Source of the DNA: Thermodesulfobacteriota bacterium | GTDB lineage: Bacteria > Desulfobacterota > Binatia > Bin18 | Assembly (NCBI GenBank): GCA_964291405.2 | Contig: OZ219926.1 | Location: 1,536,001-1,600,000 of the forward strand | Length of the DNA stretch: 64,000 bases | Direction of reading: 5' to 3' | Shown here: positions 59,257 through 64,000 of the stretch, one piece after another | Layout of the letters: each line of letters opens with the position of its first letter | Numbering within the stretch: the first letter of the stretch is position 1 | Translations under genes and position numbers: made by a program | Notes under the pieces: model-generated | What the model was told of the DNA's origin: nothing | The model's input: the letters and a program-made list of their open reading frames with translations, nothing else | Databases searched by the model: none

Positions 59257-60671
59257 CCTCCCAGATCTCCTCTCATATATGGCTCCCAGAGCCCATGTTG
59301 GCTTTTCATCCCAACCGCTCCTCGGACCGAGAGCGACATCCGCTACGCGGGTTACTGGAATACGGGCCATATTCAGCAGGATTCGTTCCCGACCCCATCC
59401 GTGTAGCCACCCTTGCACCACACGGCGAGAGTCAGCGCCTCTATGACTTCATGAGAAACCTGAACTCGGCTTTCAATCCAAGAGAGCGCAGGGATTATCT
59501 CCCTCGATGGCCGGGTTTCCAACGTGTCTTCGGTTTGCATATGAGCGCCGCCGGTAAAGGTTGCCACGAGGAGGTCGACCATCAGCTTGATACAAACTTA
59601 CAAAAATCTCCTCAGCCGCACGTTACGATTGCGGAATACTTAGTGAGAGCCATTCAGCGTCTTGAAGCGCGTCGAAGCGACTTTGACGTTCTATTTGTCT
59701 ACATTCCCATACGGTGGGAGTCTGGTTTTGTTGGCGGACCCAACGACGACTTCGACCTGCATGATCATTTGAAGGCATATACGGCTGCTCGGGGAGTGCC
59801 TATCCAATTAGTGCGAGAAGACAGTGCTATCGCCTATCACTGCAAAGCCAGCGTCATGTGGCGCATCGGATTAGCGCTGTATGCCAAAGCAGGTGGAGTC
59901 CCGTGGAAACTAGCCGAGGCTGATCCAGAAACGGCCTATATCGGCATCTCCTATGCCGTACGTCCCGCCGACTCGGACAGACCACGCTTCGTAACGTGTT
60001 GTAGCCAAGTGTTCGATGCAGATGGGGCAGGCCTCGAATTCGTGGCTTACGACACTCAAGAAATCGAAATGCAGCGCGATAACCCCTTCCTCTCCCGAAC
60101 CGAGATGTTCCGTGTGATGACACGATCAATGGATCTGTATCGTCGTCGTCATGCCGGTCGGTCGCCACGTCGCGTGATGGTTCACAAGACCACGGAATTC
60201 AAACCTGATGAAGTTGACGGTTGTATGGAAGCCCTGCACCTATGCGAAGCCGTTGACCTTGTCCAAGTTGTCGAAAATGTCGGCTGGCGAGGCGTCCGCA
60301 TAGACCAGAACCCGAACGACAGGAAGGGGAGACCGGCCAATTTCCCGGTTCCGCGTGGAACCGTTGTTGGGCTTGGACCCCGGGAGGCTTTGCTGTGGAC
60401 TCATGGTGACGTGAAGGGTGTCGCGCGACGTTCCTTCTTTCAAGGCAGCCGCAGTACGCCTCGCCCCATTCGCCTCGTCCGCCATGCTGGCCACGGCACC
60501 TGGGATGATACAGCCCGCGCCATACTCGGGCTTTCCAAGATGAACTGGAATAACGACTCGCTCTATGACCCTCTGCCGGTCACCCTGGCTTACGCGAAGG
60601 TATTGGCGAGAGTTGTCAAACGCATACCGAACCTAGGAGCTACGCCGTACCAATTCCGATTCTTCATGTAG
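59253..60671 (+). CDS. Short prokaryotic Argonaute (MID-PIWI, catalytically inactive)
   Basis: EPMLAF, HPLRGL..YGPYS, DLHDHLKA, LYAKAGGVPWKL, AYIGISYA, VHKT, LSKMNWN, PVTLAYA, PYQFRFFM; GTGA overlap with the SIR2 gene. Confidence 0.93.
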   Translation: MTSQISSHIWLPEPMLAFHPNRSSDRERHPLRGLLEYGPYSAGFVPDPIRVATLAPHGESQRLYDFMRNLNSAFNPRERRDYLPRWPGFQRVFGLHMSAAGKGCHEEVDHQLDTNLQKSPQPHVTIAEYLVRAIQRLEARRSDFDVLFVYIPIRWESGFVGGPNDDFDLHDHLKAYTAARGVPIQLVREDSAIAYHCKASVMWRIGLALYAKAGGVPWKLAEADPETAYIGISYAVRPADSDRPRFVTCCSQVFDADGAGLEFVAYDTQEIEMQRDNPFLSRTEMFRVMTRSMDLYRRRHAGRSPRRVMVHKTTEFKPDEVDGCMEALHLCEAVDLVQVVENVGWRGVRIDQNPNDRKGRPANFPVPRGTVVGLGPREALLWTHGDVKGVARRSFFQGSRSTPRPIRLVRHAGHGTWDDTARAILGLSKMNWNNDSLYDPLPVTLAYAKVLARVVKRIPNLGATPYQFRFFM

Positions 60672-60813
60672 GTCGAAAGTAATTGGGATCATGAAACTCC
60701 ACCTTTGAGCTTAGCCTTGACTTCCGACTCCAGGTGATTGAAGCATGGATTGATCGACTGCAACGTGCGACATCATAGGCAATGATGGACACACCTATAA
60801 AGGAGGACTCGAC

Positions 60814-61821
60814 ATGCCAGAGCATAAGACTTTTTCGTTAGGGGATTTTTCGCTCGAATGTGGCCTCATTCTGCGCAAGGCACAGCTCGCCTATCAGGTC
60901 TATGGCGAACTCAACAGCCGCAAAGATAACGCCATCCTGCTGTGCTCGTGGTATTCCGGCGATCATACCGGCTATGAGTTTTTGATCCGGGAAGGCAAGT
61001 GTTTCGACCCAACCAAATATTGTGTGATCGGCGTCAATATGTTCACCAACGGGCTGTCTTCCTCTCCCAGCACGACACCCATTCCCATGAATGGCCCGCA
61101 TTTTCCGGCAACGACTATCCGCGACAATGTACGGGCACAGCACGCGCTTGTTCAGAGCCTTGGCATTGAGTCACTCGCCCTGGTCTCCGGCTACTCGATG
61201 GGCGCGCAGCAGTGCTTTCAGTGGGCGGTCAGTCATCCGGATATGGTCGAGCGGATTGCACCGTGGTGCGGTGCGGCGCGGACCACTCCGCATACCCATG
61301 TCTTTATCGAAGGCTTTACTTCCGCGCTCCGTGCGGACGCGGCCTGGAACCACGGCCATTACGCCCAACCGCCAGCCACGGGTGTGCGCGCCATGGCCCG
61401 GGTGTATGCCGGCTGGGGTCTGTCGCAGGCCTGGTATCGCGAAGAGCTGTACAAGCAGCTCGGCCATCCGAGCGTCGAAGATTTCCTGGTCTATTTTTGG
61501 GAGAACTTTTTTCTCCAGTGTGACGCGAATAATCTGCTGGCCCAGGCAAAGACGTGGCAGGATCATAATGTCGGTGACTCGCCGGGATTTGACGGAGACT
61601 GGCGAAAGGCGCTGGCCACAGTTTCTGCCAAGGCCATGATTATGCCGGGTCATACCGATCTCTACTTTCCACCGGAAGACAGCCAAGCGGAGACAGACTG
61701 CATGCCGAACGCCGTGTATCGACCGATCCCGTCGATTTGGGGACATTTGGCGGGAATTGGTATGAATCCGGAGGATAACGATTTTATTGACGCGGCGGTT
61801 CAGGAGTGTTTGGCGTCGTAG
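60814..61821 (+). CDS. Alpha/beta hydrolase of the homoserine O-acetyltransferase-like family
   Basis: LAYQVYGELN, NGLSSSPS, GYSMGAQQ, TDLYFPP, SIWGH; lacks the canonical MetX HALTG. Confidence 0.85.
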   Translation: MPEHKTFSLGDFSLECGLILRKAQLAYQVYGELNSRKDNAILLCSWYSGDHTGYEFLIREGKCFDPTKYCVIGVNMFTNGLSSSPSTTPIPMNGPHFPATTIRDNVRAQHALVQSLGIESLALVSGYSMGAQQCFQWAVSHPDMVERIAPWCGAARTTPHTHVFIEGFTSALRADAAWNHGHYAQPPATGVRAMARVYAGWGLSQAWYREELYKQLGHPSVEDFLVYFWENFFLQCDANNLLAQAKTWQDHNVGDSPGFDGDWRKALATVSAKAMIMPGHTDLYFPPEDSQAETDCMPNAVYRPIPSIWGHLAGIGMNPEDNDFIDAAVQECLAS

Positions 61822-61847
61822 GACGGGCCTTATCGTCCGCTGTCAAG

Positions 61848-61880
61848 GAAAAGCCAGCCGACGTGGTTGGCTGGCTTTTC
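61848..61880. terminator. Bidirectional terminator between convergent genes
   Basis: GAAAAGCCAGCCGAC-GTG-GTTGGCTGGCTTTTC. Confidence 0.8.
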
Positions 61881-61885
61881 GAGGA

Positions 61886-62335
61886 CTATCCCCCCACCCC
61901 GGCCTTCTGGGCTAAAGACGCATAACTTACCCCGTCTCCATTGTCGGTATTCACCGGCAGGCCAGCTTCCTGCCAACCGGCGACGGCTTGGCCCTGCTGG
62001 TCTTGTCCTCCGCCAAAGCCGCCCATCATATTCGAGACCTGCGTATACCCGGCCTGTTGCATGATCTCGGCGGCGCGTTGCGAACGACCGCCGGCCTGAC
62101 AGCCGACCACGACAGTGGACTCTTTGGGTATGGTCGCTTCGACAACGGCTAAGAAGTGTGGGTTCGGAACCGGACGGCCAGCGGATTGATCAAAAAAGAC
62201 TACGGGAATGTTGATGGCGCGCTCGGGGTGGCCGGCCTGGAATTCCGCCTCGGTGCGGACATCCAGATAGACGACGGCGGCGTCCTGGCTCAGTGTCTGG
62301 TGAGCCTCTGGTGGGGTTATTTGCACAATAGGCAT
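61886..62335 (-). CDS. Rhodanese-like domain protein
   Basis: YLDVRTEAEFQAGHP, VVGCQAGGRS, GWQEAGLP; SD AGGGAGG. Confidence 0.9.
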   Translation of the reverse strand: MPIVQITPPEAHQTLSQDAAVVYLDVRTEAEFQAGHPERAINIPVVFFDQSAGRPVPNPHFLAVVEATIPKESTVVVGCQAGGRSQRAAEIMQQAGYTQVSNMMGGFGGGQDQQGQAVAGWQEAGLPVNTDNGDGVSYASLAQKAGVGG

Positions 62336-62480
62336 GAGTGTCACCTCCCTTTTGTTGCTGCGGGTGGGTCTGATATGGAAATACCCGCGTACGAAGTCAG
62401 CATATTCGTGGACCCCTGGCAATACGTCAAGCAAGGCAGGAACAAGAGAGCAAGAAACAAAGAAGAAAGAGGAGAACGCG

Positions 62481-63272
62481 ATGGAAGAAGCCGTCTATTG
62501 GAGTCGTGAAGGCAGTATTGCAACTATTACCCTCAACCGTCCAGCCCAGTTTAACGTAATGAACAATGAACTCTCAGCAGGCCTGCGCAAAGCCCTGATG
62601 GAATGCTGGGATGACGACGAGGTGCGGGCGGTGATTCTCACCGGGAATGGCCGGGCGTTTAGCGGGGGCGGCGATATCAAGTTCTTTGTCGGAGCGCTGG
62701 CACAGCAGAATATTATTCCGAGCCTGGAGAAAATGATGCCTGTCCTGCACGCGGCCATTGCCATGATTCGCGAAATTCCCAAACCTGTCATTGCCGCGCT
62801 CAACGGCGTGGCCGCAGGCGGCGGGTTCGGTTTGGCACTCGCCTGCGATTTCCGTATTGCCTCACCTCAGGTCAATCTTGTCACCGCTTTTCTGGGCATC
62901 GGTGCCAGCCCAGACTCCAGCTCAACTTTTTTCCTGCCGCGTCACGTTGGCTTGGCCAAGGCGACCGAAATGTTTTTGCGTAACAAACCTGTTCCGGCCG
63001 AAGAGGCGTTGAACCTGGGGCTACTGACTGCCGTGGTCGAGCCCGACCAAGTGATGGCTGAGGCGAAAAAGCTAGCTGAAGAATTGGCCCAGGGTCCGAC
63101 CGCCGCCTTTGGACGGACCAAACTGCTGCTCAATCAAAGCCTCGGCAACTCCTTACACGAACAACTGCACAGCGAAGCCCGCTCGATCACCCTGTCGATG
63201 GGAACGCCCGATTTCGCGGAGGGAATTACGGCCTTTGTCGAGAAACGCAAGGCCCGGTTTACAGGCAAGTAA
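62481..63272 (+). CDS. Enoyl-CoA hydratase/isomerase family protein (PaaG-like)
   Basis: ITLNRP, AAGGGFGLALACD, GASPD, EGITAFVEKR. Confidence 0.9.
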   Translation: MEEAVYWSREGSIATITLNRPAQFNVMNNELSAGLRKALMECWDDDEVRAVILTGNGRAFSGGGDIKFFVGALAQQNIIPSLEKMMPVLHAAIAMIREIPKPVIAALNGVAAGGGFGLALACDFRIASPQVNLVTAFLGIGASPDSSSTFFLPRHVGLAKATEMFLRNKPVPAEEALNLGLLTAVVEPDQVMAEAKKLAEELAQGPTAAFGRTKLLLNQSLGNSLHEQLHSEARSITLSMGTPDFAEGITAFVEKRKARFTGK

Positions 63273-63309
63273 CCAAGCGATGACATGGTGGGTTGCAGAC
63301 GATTCAGGA

Positions 63310-63347
63310 ACCCACCTCGGCCTACGGCCACCTCTCCAAGGAGGGGA
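63310..63347. repeat. Short intergenic palindromic repeat (CCCACC...CCTCTCCAAGGAGGGGA)
   Basis: Two small hairpins GGCC-TAC-GGCC and CCTCTCC/GGAGGGG; a weaker relative CCCTTCCAAGAGGGAA lies near 26330-26346. Confidence 0.4.
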
Positions 63348-63367
63348 CAGAACAAGGAATAGCCCGT

Positions 63368-64000
63368 ATGCAAGCCATTACCATCACAGCGCCGGGCGGC
63401 CCGGACGTGCTCAAGCTGGATACCGTCCCTGATCCGATACCCAGCCCTGAACAGATTCTTGTGCGGGTGCGTGCAACCGCGCTCAACCGGGCGGATACGC
63501 TCCAGCGCCAGGGCCAATACCCACCGCCGCCGGGCGAGTCCGCTATCCTCGGGCTCGAACTTGCCGGAGAAGTGGAAGCCGTGGGCTCGGCAGTGACCAC
63601 GATTGCCGTGGGCGAGCGTGTCTTCGGCTTGGTCGGCGGGGGCGGCTATGCGGAAAAGGCGGTCATTGATGCCCGCATGGCCATGCCGATTCCCGAGGGT
63701 TGGAGCTTCGCCCAGGCTGCAGCCGTGCCGGAGGTGTATTTCACCGCTCAGGAAACGATGTTTACCCTGGCCGGCCTGAAGCGGGGTGAAACCATTCTGA
63801 TCCACGCCGGGGCGAGCGGAGTGGGAACGGCCGGCATTCAGATGGCCCGCGAGACTGGCGCAACCGTACTGGTCACAGCCGGCTCGGCCGAAAAGATTCA
63901 ACGCTGTGTGGACCTCGGGGCGACCGCCGGCTGCAACTACAAAGAGCAGGACTTCGCCGAGTGGGTGCAACACACCACCGATGAAAAAGGCGTTGATGTC
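63368..64000 (+). CDS. NAD(P)H-quinone oxidoreductase, PIG3/zeta-crystallin family (5' part; runs off window end)
   Basis: Manual translation: MQAITITAPGGPDVL, ALNRADTLQRQGQYPPPPG, LGLELAG, GGGYAE, IHAGASGVGTA. Confidence 0.9.
   Translation, partial: MQAITITAPGGPDVLKLDTVPDPIPSPEQILVRVRATALNRADTLQRQGQYPPPPGESAILGLELAGEVEAVGSAVTTIAVGERVFGLVGGGGYAEKAVIDARMAMPIPEGWSFAQAAAVPEVYFTAQETMFTLAGLKRGETILIHAGASGVGTAGIQMARETGATVLVTAGSAEKIQRCVDLGATAGCNYKEQDFAEWVQHTTDEKGVDV

Noticed and set aside
60814-61821. Alpha/beta hydrolase as part of the Argonaute system, or as metX
   Set aside because: Composition looks like the host backbone and it has its own SD after a ~140-bp gap; it lacks the canonical MetX HALTG motif, so no gene symbol was given.
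63134-63973. 279-aa minus-strand ORF
   Set aside because: Shadow of the plus-strand quinone oxidoreductase starting at 63368.

Overview
GC-rich bacterial chromosomal segment with no rRNA, tRNA or CRISPR array visible. It mixes housekeeping genes (5' part of selB, glutamate dehydrogenase, proS, pyrF, ftsB-like, eno, infA, upp, argE-like, pdxJ) with many catabolic or redox paralogues: six luciferase-like (LLM) oxidoreductases, a PPOX/F420-type protein, four VOC proteins, two amidases, two amidohydrolases, a hydantoinase/oxoprolinase A-B'-B cluster, a paired acyl-CoA dehydrogenase and a PrpF-family isomerase. That mix suggests, by inference only, an uncultured LLM-rich lineage. The most notable element is a ~4 kb accessory cassette after pdxJ (56.7-60.7 kb). 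It holds an RHH/PIN (VapBC-type) toxin-antitoxin pair with a leaderless promoter and palindromic operator, a decayed second vapB start, and an intact SIR2-APAZ plus short prokaryotic Argonaute (SPARSA-type) defence operon, all co-oriented. Other oddities: a HigA antitoxin starting with a HigB-like N-terminus (toxin deletion scar), an IS1-family fragment before an N-terminally extended IF-1, two F420-type enzymes with apparent export signals, a plant/amoeba-like acetylornithine deacetylase, a degenerate hydantoinase B subunit, an orphan Cys-rich 68-aa protein, a histone H1-like protein and several REP-like palindromes. All calls come from motif recognition by eye; no database search was run.
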